From Leucoraja ocellata (Eukaryota): 64,000 nt of DNA. The position numbers were made by a program, and so were the translations under genes. The notes under the pieces were generated by a model. The model saw nothing but the letters and a program-made list of their open reading frames with translations. It had not been told where the DNA came from and made no database searches. Shown here piece by piece: positions 52,004-64,000 of the stretch; within the stretch, counting starts at the first letter, position 1; every line of letters begins with the position of its first letter. Location: positions 9,052,001-9,116,000 of the forward strand of contig JAWMAR010000013.1 in NCBI GenBank assembly GCA_036785375.1, in the 5' to 3' direction.

Positions 52004-52782
52004 TATCCTATTAGGTGGCAAGAACAGGAAGGCAGATTATTAACAGAATGGTGTCAGATTAGGAAAAGGGGAGGGGCAACGAGATCTGGGTGTGCTTGTA
52101 CATCAGTCACTGAAAGTATGCATGCAGGTACAGCAGGCAGTGAATAAAGCCTTCAGTTGCCCGCCATTGCCAGAGAATTTAAGTTTAGGAGCAAGGAGGT
52201 CCTACTGCAGTTGGACAGGGCCCTGGTGAGACTGCACCTGGAGTATTGTGTGCAATTTTGGTCTCCTAATTTGAGAAGGGACATTATTGCTATTGAGGGA
52301 GTGCAGCGTAATTCCCGGGTTAATTCCCAGGATGGCAGGACTGACATTAATGAAAGAATGGGTCGAGTGTGCTTGTATTCACTGGAATTCAGAAGGATTA
52401 GAGGGGATCTTATAGAAACATATAAAATTCTTAAAGGATTGGACAGGCCAGATGCAGGAAAAAAATTCCCAATGTTCGGGGAGTCCAGAACCAGAGGTGA
52501 CAGTTTTAGAATAAGGGGTGGGTCATTTAGGGCTGAGATGAGGAAAAACGTCTTCACCCAGAGAGTTATGAATCTGTGGAATTCTCCGCCACAGAAGGCT
52601 GTGGACGCCAATTCACTGGATGTTTTCAAGAGAGAGTTTGATTTAGCTCTTAAGGAATCAAGGGATATGGGGAAAAAGCAGGAACAGGGGGTACTGATTT
52701 TAGATGATCAGCCATGATCATAATGAATGGTGGTGCTGGCTCGAAGGGCTGAATGGCCTACTAGTGCACCTATTTTTCTATG
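52004..52782 (+). mobile_element. CR1-clade LINE 3' end (same family as 1533..2467)
   Basis: RSKEVLLQL.RALVRLHLEYCVQFWSP...RRIRGDLIETYKIL...TRGDSFRIRG..FR.EMRKNVFTQRVMNLWNSPP. Confidence 0.93.
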
Positions 52783-52826
52783 CTAACATGGAATCCAGTT
52801 TACCAAGCTTCAGATCCCATGGGCTT

Positions 52827-53097
52827 TAATACTAGAGGACATAGCTTTAAGGTGAAAGGAGCAAAGTTTAAAGGAGATGTGTGGGGCAAGCTTTTGAACA
52901 CAGATGGCTGAGAGTGCCTGGTATGGGATGATGATGGTTGAAGCTGGTTTGTTAGTGGCATTTAAAAGATGTTTGGATAGGCAGGAAATGGAGGGATATG
53001 GGTTATGTGCAGATAGATAAGTGCTGGTCTTGACATCATGTTCGGCACAGACATTGTAGACCAAAGGGCCTGTTCTTGTACTATGCTGTTCTATGCT
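52827..53097 (+). mobile_element. CR1 LINE 3' end (family of 11108 and 39935 copies)
   Basis: TRGHSFKVKGAKFKGDVWGK and aagggcctgttc...gttctatg tail. Confidence 0.85.
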
Positions 53098-54499
53098 TTA
53101 AACTTCTGTACAAGTCTACCATATGCGATCTTGTCAATACCCTGCAGCCGTGAAGTTGGTAAAGTCACATCACTGAAATTGAAACTCCAAGTTTGAGCTG
53201 GTAACCAAATGCCTTATGCAGTAGCTGCCCAGACAATGCACCCAAACAAAAATCGAAACACTTTATTTTCCAGACAGGATGCCTGTGATAATGAATGACG
53301 CTAATGATTTAAAATAAATGTTCAGCATCTGTAGATTTTTAAGAAAGTTATAAACCAATAAGATTTTCAATTTTTTGCTGGTGACAGTGAATGGACAGGG
53401 GAGGGCAGAGACAATGAGCTAATGGATCAATTCAGTTCTCTCCCACCTCCCCTCCCGATGTCAAGGTATCACTGGCTTCAAAATGTTGGCACAAATAACA
53501 CTAGTGTAAAATATTATTCCATTATTCATATGCCATTATGTCTCTAAAATGTGTGGTTTAAATTTGGAATTTTAATTAAATGATTGATTTCTCAATTAAT
53601 AAATTACAAAGTGCATGCTAATTGTTTAATTGGTCACTTGATCTACAGATCATTTATGAATAAATTGAGTTGATTTACAAAGTTTATTGATTTGACTTGA
53701 CGATGAATTATTGAACTGACTAACTGATTTGCAATTTCACCAATTAATTCACAAATTTCCACAAATCAGTTCAAATATGACATTATTAATACAGAATATA
53801 AACTGATACGAGATCAGTTGTCATGACTCAGTTCTGCTTTAAATAATACAGATGTTACCACACCATTAATGATAATGTAAATAGCAATTTCAGAATGGTA
53901 TATGTTTGTAAACAAATTATAATACCAAAACAGAAACATGATTCATAATTCCTGTCTATCAAGGAAACCACGTGCAAGGTGTGCAGCCTTGAGGTTTTCT
54001 GTGTAAGTAGCATGGCTTGCCATTTATCTCGAAAGTTGCGTGGTATTTTAGAATTGGCCAGGGTGACTCTGCCCTCAGCTCCTGTTGCATGGGCAGTGAG
54101 GAAATGTTGGGAGAAACAGATACAAAGAATTTCAACCTAAACTACTCTGCGTGGAACAATAAATGTTTGAAAAGGTAGAAACAGTTTAGCACATGCGCCT
54201 TCTTAATTCCTGGAAGTATTTTAAAGTTCAAATAACATCCTTCACATTTCACTTCATTTTTAAATCTTCATATAAATCAAAATACAATGGAGCAGATGGA
54301 ATGTCTCTTTATAGCAACAAATAAAATTACATCTGGTGAGTGGGAGGAACGTTTTTGAAGTGATTATACACATTTAACTATTACTGGAAGCAAAAGGCAA
54401 ACGCACAACATCCCAAATATTACTTATTATTGCCAAATAAAACGCAAACTTCTCTTGCCATCTCTTCAACACCAGCTGGTGAAGAGCTATCCTGACTAA

Positions 54500-54850
54500 T
54501 CATAGAGTCAGAGTCACAGCCATGCAGCGTGCAAACAGGGCATTCGGCCCATGTTGCCCACACCGACCAACATGCCCATCCACACTAGTCCCACATTTGG
54601 TCCATATATCCCTATAAACCTATCCTATCCATGTACCTGTCTAAATGTTTCCTAAACGTTGCAATAATACCTGCCTCAATTACTTCTGGCAGCTCGTTCC
54701 ATACACCCACCACCCTTTGTGTAAAAAGTTACCCCTCAGGTGTCCATTAAATCTTCCCCACCTTAAACCTTTGTCCGCTGGTTCCCGATTATGCTACTCA
54801 GGGCAATAGACTGTGGGCCTACCCATTCTATTTCTCTCATGATTTTGTAT
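54500..54850 (-). mobile_element. CR1 LINE 3' end
   Basis: aaacagggcattcggccc...ggcagctcgttccatacacccaccaccctttgtgtaaaaagttacccctcagg. Confidence 0.8.
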
Positions 54851-55554
54851 GGATCACATGTAGGCAGATGAGAGTCTTGGGAACATGATTGATCCAGATA
54901 TTGTGCACAGAAGGGCCTGTTCCTGTGCTTTTCCATGTGCATTTACCTGAAGTCATGCTTTTTCTTCGAAGTTTTCCAGTTTACAGTACTCTAAATGTAG
55001 TTCCAATGGTTGAAAAATTCTGCATTCACCACCCATTCAAACAGTGATGTCCCTGCCAGGTCCCTGCCCATCCACCTCTGGGTATAGTTGATCTCACTCC
55101 ACCCCCCCCTCCCCCTCTCTAATCTTTCCACTGACACTTGAAAACTATGTTCCTCATTTCTAGGGTGCAGGATCTCATTCCTTCACAAATTTCATGTACC
55201 TCAGCCTTCCCTGCTCCAAAAACACATCCACTCTAGCCAATACTACTTCACAGCAAAAACGTTGCAATCCAGCAGCATCCTGATGAATCAATATTGCCTT
55301 TACTTTGTGGATGACTTCAAATGCATTACGTCGATATTCACCAGACTGAACTCCATTTGCCATTTCTGTCCATCTGCAAAATCCAGCGATATCCTGCAGT
55401 CTCCAGCTTCCTTCCTCAACATGCATTCTGCAAGCTTTAAGATGATGTCATTGATCAATATTAACAGGAAAGATATATCAACGCTGTCAGAAGAACTCAA
55501 AACATTATTAGCACTATTTTGCTAATTTTTCCGTGCAGTTTAATTTTCGCATGC

Positions 55555-56502
55555 ATCACATAGGATTTACACCCACCAGTCTCCGCATCCAACACATCTT
55601 TCTCCCACATTTCCGCCATCCTCAACGTGATCCCACTTCCTGTCACATCTTCCCAACACTGCCCCTTTAAGCCTACCACAGGGACCACTCCCTCCACAAC
55701 TCCCTGGTTCACTCATCCCATCCAAACCATCCCCTCCCCGGGTACTTCCTCTGCAACACCTGTTTCTATACCTCCTCCCTCACCTCCATCCAGGTACTCC
55801 GACAGTCCTTCCAGGCGAGTCAAAGATTCGCATACACCTCCGCTAAGCTCATCTACTACATTTGGTGCTCACAAATGTGACCTCCCTTACATCAGCATGG
55901 TGACTACATAGACTATGTGACTGTTTTGCCGAACACGTGCGCTCGGTCCACCAAGGCTTACTGGATCTCTGTTACTCATCATTTCAACTCCCCTTACCAT
56001 TTCCATTCTGACCTCTGTCCGGGGCCTCCTCCGTTCCTGGAGTGAGACTATATGCAAACTGATGGAACCGCACCTCATATTCTGCTCAGCTACCTAACTC
56101 CCAACGGTATGAACATTGAATTCTTCAATTTTAAGTAACTAACTTGCAAGCAACCACTCTTCCCTCCCCCCTTCCCTGTGCCCCACCTGGATGCACAACC
56201 ATTTATTTATTTTCCCTTTCATCTATTCCTTCCTCTGGCTTCACAGTTCATGTCTTTTCTATCCTTACCTCTTTATCTCACAGCTTTGTCTTTTCATATC
56301 TGGTCTTTGTCCAACCATCTGACTGTTTTCATCTATATCCTCCTGTCACTTGCTAGACTTTGTGCTGCCCCCATTCTCTTTCAGCTTTCTCACCTCTTCT
56401 ACAATCAGTCTGAAGAAGGGTCCCGACCTGAAATGGCACCAATCCATGTTCTCCAGAGATGCTGCCTCACCCGCTGTGTTACTCTACCACTTTGTGTCTT
56501 TT
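55555..56502 (+). mobile_element. Penelope-like element 3' portion: GIY-YIG endonuclease remnant plus terminal repeat
   Basis: QSFQ..QRF..TS.KLIYYIWCS..CDLPYI...FAEHVRSV...HFNSP...CKLMEPHLIF...NGMNIEF, then cagtctgaagaagggtcccgacctgaaa and the family arm. Confidence 0.88.
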
Positions 56503-57710
56503 AATAGTCTGGGTTTTATTTTCTAACATGTTAACATCCGAGATCTTGCTAAATGCCATGTGAAAACTCATACGGACCAGATCACACACACTTTCCTCAT
56601 CACATTTTCAAAAAAATGCAGCAAGTGACTTTCCAAAACAAACCCACACAACCCAATCCTTCCCAGCATTGCTGAAGGGTCGTTGACATAAAACGCTAAT
56701 TCTATCTGTCTTGCCACATAAGCAGTCAGGCTTCCCAAATATTTACAATATTTTCTTTGTTTTAGATTTCCAGCATCTGCCGTTCTTTTGATCTTTTAAT
56801 ACACATCATTTGTTTCCCAGGTCATAAAACAATCGACCCACTGGCAAAGCCTACGCTTCGCTCCGAAGCGCAACTTATTCGCTTGATAACAGACAGTTCT
56901 TGTCGGCAAGGCCATTAACATATTTGACCTCAAGAATGACCCCAGATGACCACAGATTGATTAAAACCAAACCAGTTCTAAGAGAGGTTGAAAGGAACAG
57001 TAAGAATGATTGATTATTCAATCAAATTGCATTTAAACATTGATTGCAATTGGATTAAGCATATCTGCAATATTCTAATAAGTGATATAAAACAAAAGAA
57101 GGCAAAATGGCATTGTAATGATACTGGATTTTCACAGGCAAAAGGGAAACTTGCAGAGGTTTCTTTAAAATGTGTGTTTTAAAACAGTGATTCCCTATCA
57201 AGGGTGTGTAATCTCACAGTGAAGTGGGCAGGGAGTGCAGGGAAAGTTAATAGGATGGTGATGTAGGTATGCAAGATTAAAGAGAATAGTTGAGGGTTTC
57301 ACCAGTGAGAAAATTCAGGTGTTATTGGCATGTCTGTTGCTCACCTGAGATAGATCCAGCTTAGATGCAGCAGCCCATGAGGATTTAAGATGATGATATG
57401 GGAGGGCATATTTGAATGAATTTGCACAAGTGATATAATTCCGTGTATGTGAATTAGGAGTGTGAGCAGGCTAACTATCTATTTAAGCATGACCCAATTA
57501 TAATTTTAACTCTACATTTTTGCATATCCAGAGTAAACTCTCTCCTCCTTGCTTATCACATACCTACTTGACTAAAAACCTTTCTACCATTTCAACCACC
57601 CTTTCAACCATTTCAACGAATTAAGTTTCAACAACTATTTCCAGTGAGAAAATGTCTTCTCATATCTCCAAAATTTCTGACACCATAATTCCAAAAGGTT
57701 CTGTATTTCA

Positions 57711-58540
57711 ATCAAGTGGTGGCGCCATTGAGTGTGGCAGCGTCGCCAGCAGCTGTCCGTCCTGTCACCCTTCTTGTTATCTTTAGTCTGTCTAAAAGTA
57801 TGTCTTTGGGAGGTCTTTTAGTCTTTTTTATGTGGGGCGGGGGGGAGGGAAGGAGGAAACCGTTTCCCAGTCACTACCTGGTCAAGGATGCGCCTTTACT
57901 CCGAGCCGCATCTTCACCCCCCCCCCCCTCCCTCAGCCTACCATCTGGATTGGAGCGGCCTTTCCTGCCAGAGACCGGCCAGAGCTTCAGCAGCAGTGCA
58001 ACACTTGGATTCCATCGCGGAGCAAGCGATGCCTTACCGGGAATCGCCGTGTTGGAGCTCCGGAGGGCCTGCCAACTTTAACACCGTGGAGCTGTGGTCT
58101 GCGGAGCTAACAGCCACGGGCGGCGCTGACTTTAACATCGTGGAAGCGTGAGATCTTTTGCCGAGGATCGCCAGTGTTGAATCTCCGCCCAGCTCGGGCT
58201 GTGGACTTTGGGAACCGCGGTCTCCGGCAAGATGTGGCCGATTCAGAACTCCAAGCCGCTGAGAGTGTTCTTCCGTTCCGACGCTTCGTTCATCCCGGCG
58301 AGAGGGCCTGAAACTTCGGGCCGCCGTTGCTGCGACTGCAAAGGGCTCAAAGACACCCCGACCATGGGTGAACAAGAGGAAGATGTCTGAACTTTATTGC
58401 CTTTCCTCACAATGGGTAACGTTGTTCATATCAAATTCTATAGTGTTGTGTTCATTTTATTTTATTTGTGAGCTGTATGGTAACTCAAATTTCACTGCAC
58501 CAATTGGTGTATGTGACAATAAATATAACTTGAACTTGAT
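57711..58540 (+). mobile_element. Young CpG-rich non-autonomous retroelement with LINE-type tail
   Basis: Starts caagtggtggcgcc, GC/CpG-rich body with internal repeats (actttaaca(c/t)cgtgga), ends gtgacaataaa...(cttgaa)n. Interrupts an older minus-strand CR1 remnant. Confidence 0.6.
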
Positions 58541-59227
58541 TTCCAAGTAAAAGGAAACATCCTCAGGACATAACCTCTTCAGATGTTGTGTTTGAATAAG
58601 TTTCCTCTCAATCTAAAAACTCCAGCAGATACAAGATCAGTCCACCCAATCTTTCCACACTATACCATTAGCTCTATTAGTCTTATCAACGCACTGTGAA
58701 CTAGTCGCAACTTATTAACTAGGAGACCAATGATGGTCACAGCAGGGCCTGTACAGATGCTGCCTGATCTGTTAAGTGTTTCTGGCACTTTCTATTTTTT
58801 TTACTGTACATGTTATCCCAGGTGTGATCTCAAAAATGCTCTATGCACCTTAAGCAGAATGTTTCTACTTTGTCTATCAGAAACAACTGATAACATGGGA
58901 CATTTCCCAATATCCTGCTGCAATTGTATAGTTACCTTCTGTGAATCAAATACAAGGACACACAGATCCCTCCACAGCTCAGCACGCTTTTAAACAATAT
59001 GTGAGCAAGCCATAGAACCCTAAAAAGTGACTCAAGGAATATTTAATTTTAACATTTTCAAATCTGCATGAGGGGTTGAGGAAAACAGTTCCAATGAGAT
59101 TAGGTATATTAATTCCACAATATATGGTGCTGTCCAACTCACTACCCCATTGTGGTCATTGGCCTGTCTATGGAATCGATGCGCTTCAATACCAGGAACT
59201 ATGTTCTGCACCCTGAATCTTTCCCTT

Positions 59228-59625
59228 ATTCATCATCGTTGAAAACATTAGCGACGCAGTGGTGCTGGTTTCCAAATGGGAACGGTGACTGACGCACCAC
59301 ACATCCCTGTCATTCAGTTCCTGCGGACTTCCGCCGCTGGAAGTATAGGATTTTGGTGTGTGCTCTAAATCATCATCCCTTACAATGCTATATACGACAG
59401 TGATCGCAACTTCTACTGAAATGTGGATGGGCCTTGGCTCATTAGAAGCTCTTCGCCCTTTGACGGGTTTTGGTCCTGCTGGGGGTCCACAGCCCCCTCC
59501 TCACCTGGCAAACCAGGTGGGGGAGACGGTTTAGTCGCCGACTATCTGACCAAGGAGCAGGTAGCACGGGATTACTTGGTACCCGTGGTGGGGGGGGGAC
59601 TCCCCCCCGACCTGACCATAAGGTG
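59228..59625 (-). mobile_element. RTE-related SINE-like insert within a Rex-like tail
   Basis: Splits the host tail (ttccctt | tacctattg, contiguous in the homologous 27068-27100 copy). Minus strand ends in gatgatg; the 5' part is highly structured and contains ggcgactaaa. Confidence 0.5.
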
Positions 59626-60949
59626 TACCTATTGCTCGGATTTGACGATTGTATTTATGTATAGCATATCTGATCAGTTAGGTTAGCATGCAAAACAAAG
59701 TTTTTCACTGTACCTCTGCACACGTGACAATAGATACGATGAAGATTTATAAATTGAGGTACTGCTGAATGAGGAGTCAATGCAGACCAGCTAGAGTGAC
59801 TGGTGAACAGGAGGGCAATGATTCAGGTGGACGCAAGACTACAGAAGGTGCTGTCAGCTGAAGAACAGCTAGGAACTTGTACATCCAATTCTCTATCATT
59901 GAAGTACAATGACTGTAATCATTCACAAGATCAAGATGATTTGGACCATTTGTACGTTTTGGGGACAATCTCACTGCAAATGTAAATGTTGAGAGAACAA
60001 ATTCAACCACGAGCCTTATTGTTACATATTATTTCTGTCTTTGGATGGACCTGATTCAATCAACTGAAACCACTGATTCTTCTCCATTGTCAGAGAATTT
60101 AGTTAAGAGGAAGAAATCTTTTCAAACACACCACAAAATGAGCAAGAATAATGTGGAGCTGACAGGGTGAGGTAGCTTGATGATCAGAAACACGAATAAG
60201 GACTGCGGTTTTTTTCAAAAGGAGAAACAGTGAAAAGGGTCATCGCAGGAACGACTGTATAGAAAACAGCATTTTTATACATTACAGATGTTAAACAACA
60301 ACGCTTTGCAAATCTAATTTTGATAATTTGTGACAGAATGCAAGGAAAACAAAAGGAATCATGTCACAGCAGACTATAATCAATAGCTTGGCGTATTTCA
60401 GCTATCACGAGCTGCAAAACCATGGGAAATTTTAAAATTCCTTATTCCATTTGGAAGTGTTATAAGACATGTCAGAAGACAATTAAATAAATTACTTTAC
60501 ATTAACAACATAAGAAATATCAACATCCAAGGACACACTTTCTCATTTTGAAGTCTTGTCCTGAAGCCACATATCAAAAGAGATAGAATTAATATCAGAG
60601 AATGAACTATTTTAACAATAACAGTGCTGTCTTTACTACCAATAAGCAATGTCAACTAGCCCGGTTACAATTCTGAGAAATGCATCTTTCCCATCACATT
60701 ATTCTACACGACTGACTGTGCCCAAAGGATATTATCAGCAGGAGAAACCAAAACAAAATTAGGCCTCATTCTCATCTCACCAAGCTCCTTCCCACATAAT
60801 GCATTTGCCTTTTACAATACTGGTAGGAATGACCATCACACTTGTGTATGTGAAGACATAGTATCATTTTCACGGTTGTCACCCTCCCTTGTGACATTTT
60901 GCACTACGAGCATGGCAGATACAAACAACCCAAAATCAGATCCAGCACA

Positions 60950-62640
60950 TCAAAACCAGGCAGTTTTGTACCTCAGTGCCCCAACCCCATATATCCCACT
61001 TCTTTCTGTTATCCAAGATCCACAAATTAGACTATCCTGGTAGCCACACAATTCTTCCTACTCTTGCCCCACCAAACTGGTCTCTTCATTCCTCAGCTCC
61101 AACCTGTCTTCCCTTATCCAGTTCTTTCCTACCTACATCTGGGACACTTTGCATGCCTGCCACCTTTTTGGCAATTGCCTTCAAAACCTTATCATCATTC
61201 TAGATGTCCACTTTTTACACACCTCCATCCCCCATGAGGAAGATGCCAAACCCTTCCACTTCTTTCTGCAACAAAGGTCCAACCAGATCTCCTCCACCAT
61301 CATACTCTTTTTTCACGCAGAGTGGTGAATCTCTGGAACTCTCTGCCACAGAGGGTAGTTGAGGCCAGTTCATTGGCTATATTTAAGAGGGAGTTAGATG
61401 TGGCCCTTGTGGCTAAGGGGATCAGGGGGTATGGAGAGAAGGCAGGTACGGGATACTGAGTTGGATGATCAGCCATGATCATATTGAATGGTGGTGCAGG
61501 CTCGAAGGGCCGAATGGCCTACTCCTGCACCTAATTTCTATGTTTCTTCTGCCTGGCAGAACTTGTTCTCAATTACTTGTCTTTTGATTTCTCTCACTTC
61601 TTACACATCCAGGCAGTCATATCGGCCATCACTCCCTCTGCCTTTTTGTTGGCTGTGTGCCAAATCTGATACAACTCCCCAACTTTCTTCAATACATTGG
61701 ACTGTGTTGGTACAGGACTCGGCAATTTGATCACCTTTGCTAACAACTTGCACCCCCTATTCAAATTCAAAAGTAATCTCCTTTGTCCCATAACATTCGC
61801 GTTGCTGAATCAGGCCACGATGCAACCTTTCAATATGCTCTCTATCCTACACCTGTAGAGGTTCACGAGTATTCATCGATGTTCCAAATCTCCTCAATCT
61901 TCTTTGGAAGTAGGGGTGATGATGAGCTTTTCCTTATGATTGCATCAATGTGCTGGGCCGGGGATGTAAGCAGAAGCCTTCACGTGGCGCATCCCGGGCA
62001 ATGCTGATGACAGAAACTGTACCACAGTAACTGACTGAAGTAGCCAATTCTGCAACCACCGTCAACCGTCACTGACCGGCCAGAAAGACGTGATATGGAA
62101 GATGGCCGGACATGAGGAAGAAGAATGTGCTGGGCCCAGGATAGATCTTAAGAGATATGCATGCCCATAAATTGTTGATTCTCTCCACTGCCAAACCATT
62201 GGTGAAGACAGTTCAAGCCTTACTCTTCTAAAATCATCAATCAGCTTCTTGGTCTTGCTGACGCTTAGTACAAGGTTGCTGTTACGGCATGATCCAATTC
62301 GATTATCAATCTCCCTCCAATACTCTGACTTATCATTACCCAGAATCAACCAGAATTGATCCATCGACGGTGGTGTCGCCTCCATTACCAATTCATTTGG
62401 AACGTTCCTTTTCTGGATGTGGCATCTCCATCTCAAGAAACAAACTTACTAATGACATTTAGTATAAACCCAACTACTCCCACATCTACCTCGACTACAC
62501 CTCTTCCCACCTTGTCTTCAAGGATATCATCCTTTTCTTCCAGTTTCTCCATTTTCAATCACGATGTTGCTGGATTCGTCACGTTCCTCCAGACGTTGCT
62601 TTTTTTTCTCCACATTCCAGCATCGGCTGTTCCTTCCTTC
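60950..62640 (+). mobile_element. Penelope reverse-transcriptase remnants with nested CR1 (61307..61547, +) and Rex1/Babar (about 61840..62380, -) fragments
   Basis: PQP..HFFLLSKIHK.DYPG and PFLD...KPT.SH.YLDYTSSH (Penelope RT); DKSEYWREI...CRNSNLVLSVSKTKKLIDDFRR (Rex1); young CR1 tail. Confidence 0.78.
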
Positions 62641-62986
62641 ATTCCCAGGCGGATATTGTGGCAATTAGTACCAAAACTCCCTTCACCACAATCTGCAAAT
62701 GGCAAAGAGGATCTGCCATTTAAGCGCAGCCTGAAGCTGCCCACCCAGGACCAGATGCAAGGTAGACAAAAATATTATGCCCTAGACAGAGCTAAGAAAT
62801 GTAACAATCCACAGATTAAATCAAAGATCCGGTCACAAATGGCGAGAGGTGATGAAAAACATGACAAATGTCACCCAATGAGAAACCAAATATGATAAAT
62901 GCTACACAATGACGACGCATGTGTGAGAAAGCCAAAATGAAGTGTATGCCATCATATTCAGGCAAGAATGTCAAGTAGATAATGGT

Positions 62987-63285
62987 GGGTCGGCACAGTG
63001 TTGCAGACGTAGAGTTGCTACTTTGCAACGCCAGAGACCCGGGTTCCATCCTGACTACGGGTTCTGTCTGTACGGAGTTTGTATGTTCTTCATGTGACTG
63101 CGTGGGTTTTCTTGGGGTCTCTGGTTTCCTCCCACATTCCAAAGGCAAACAGGTTTGTAGGTTTGAAGAAGGGTTTCGACCCGAAACATTGCCTATTTCC
63201 TTCGCTCCATAGATGCTGCTTCACCCGCTGAGTTTCTCCTGCAATTTTGTCTACCTTCAGGTTTGTAGGTTAATTAGCTTATGTT
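62987..63285 (+). mobile_element. HE1-like SINE 5' half, interrupted by a Penelope arm (63164..63257) with 14-bp TSD
   Basis: tRNA head ggcacagtgttgcag..gtagagttgc...gacccgggttccatcc and V-domain; caggtttgtaggtt at 63150-63163 and 63258-63271. Confidence 0.88.
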
Positions 63286-63297
63286 AATTATTGTCGT

Positions 63298-64000
63298 ATC
63301 ATCATATACTTATTAAAAGTCTGATCTTGTATGTGTGTATGTGTTTTTACATCTTCGCGTAAAAACTACATGGTAACGATAATATTTACATATTCCGGTT
63401 GACATTTTTCCCGTCGAGTCCAAAATCACCTTATCTGAAAATGTCATACTTTATTTCTCGACTTATTACTGAAAATGTTTAAAAATATCAAAAGACTATT
63501 AAACGAGCAGCTCTCGGTGATGGCGTTACAATGGGTCTGCTCAGCGCCCTCTCCCACACAGAAGGAGTGACGTTTCACACAGAATATTCCACAGCTTCCA
63601 GTCAGGTCAGGGGGAGGGCAGCAATTCCAGAACATTCTTCAAATGCTTCACCACCTCCCCAACGGTCATTCTCACTTTGCAAACGATGCTTCATGCTCAC
63701 TTCCACATCTTTAAAGCCAAGACTTTGCAATTTTTGTATTTTTGAAATTAACATTGCTTTTATTGTTCCTAAAAGACGGTTTTTCACTTCATTGTACTCA
63801 TTTCTTTACAATTTAAAAAGTTTAACTACACGTTTTTTTACTTCGTGATTTTTGACAGATTTTTGACAGCTTTCAAAATACTTTGTTGTTGATTTATATT
63901 TGTGCTGACTGTTTCAATCATACTTCGAAAATTTTAATACATTAACGTTGCTTTTATTGTTCTCAAAAGACAGCCCGGTTTTTCACTTAATTGTACTAAT
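63298..64000 (+). mobile_element. Possible non-autonomous Helitron-like element running off the window
   Basis: Truncates the SINE; begins atcatcatatacttattaaaa followed by a (tgtg/tatg) microsatellite. Contains ~55-bp direct repeats at about 63750 and 63944. Confidence 0.35.

Larger units (their letters stand above)
1..64000 (-). other. MAPKAP1: MAPKAP1 gene body (introns around two exons; neighbouring exons apparently outside the window)
   Basis: Both exons are internal (acceptor and donor present). I did not find the preceding exon (...LICWQYT..EPKL) or the following exon (GPQYRLEK...) in the window. Confidence 0.8.

Noticed and set aside
62987-63060. tRNA gene-like A/B boxes (also about 35740..35813 and 47978..48040)
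   Set aside because: These are SINE heads followed by SINE body domains; no complete cloverleaf.
4332-63271. CRISPR-like or prokaryotic system from recurring palindromic repeats
   Set aside because: Vertebrate intron context; the repeats are dispersed transposon copies with TSDs, with no regular spacers or cas genes.

Overview
Eukaryotic, AT-rich, repeat-dense DNA from a cartilaginous fish. The HE1-type SINEs, shark/ray CR1 LINE tails and DeuSINE point to an elasmobranch, probably a skate or ray (inference). The whole window appears to lie inside the minus-strand MAPKAP1 (SIN1, mTORC2 subunit) gene. Two coding exons are recognisable: 45585..45761 (177 nt, CRIM domain with the acidic EDDGEVD loop) and 28661..28773 (113 nt, start of the Ras-binding domain). 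They have canonical AG/GT ends and compatible phases across a 16.8 kb intron, and the ORF track misses both. The rest is intron containing a decayed full-length Tc1 transposon, two PIF/Harbinger MITEs, CR1, Rex1/Babar, L2, HERO-like and Penelope fragments, SINEs, simple repeats and one 212-N assembly gap. The most notable pattern is about 20 short Penelope-derived inserts. They are often long hairpins, are repeatedly flanked by 13-15 bp target-site duplications, and several keep an intact minimal hammerhead-ribozyme core. Other leads are a candidate HDV-like ribozyme SINE, a candidate alternative terminal exon giving SIN1 a hydrophobic tail, a candidate poison exon and several enhancer-like blocks. 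Repeat boundaries are approximate, and family names come from remembered motifs, not database searches.
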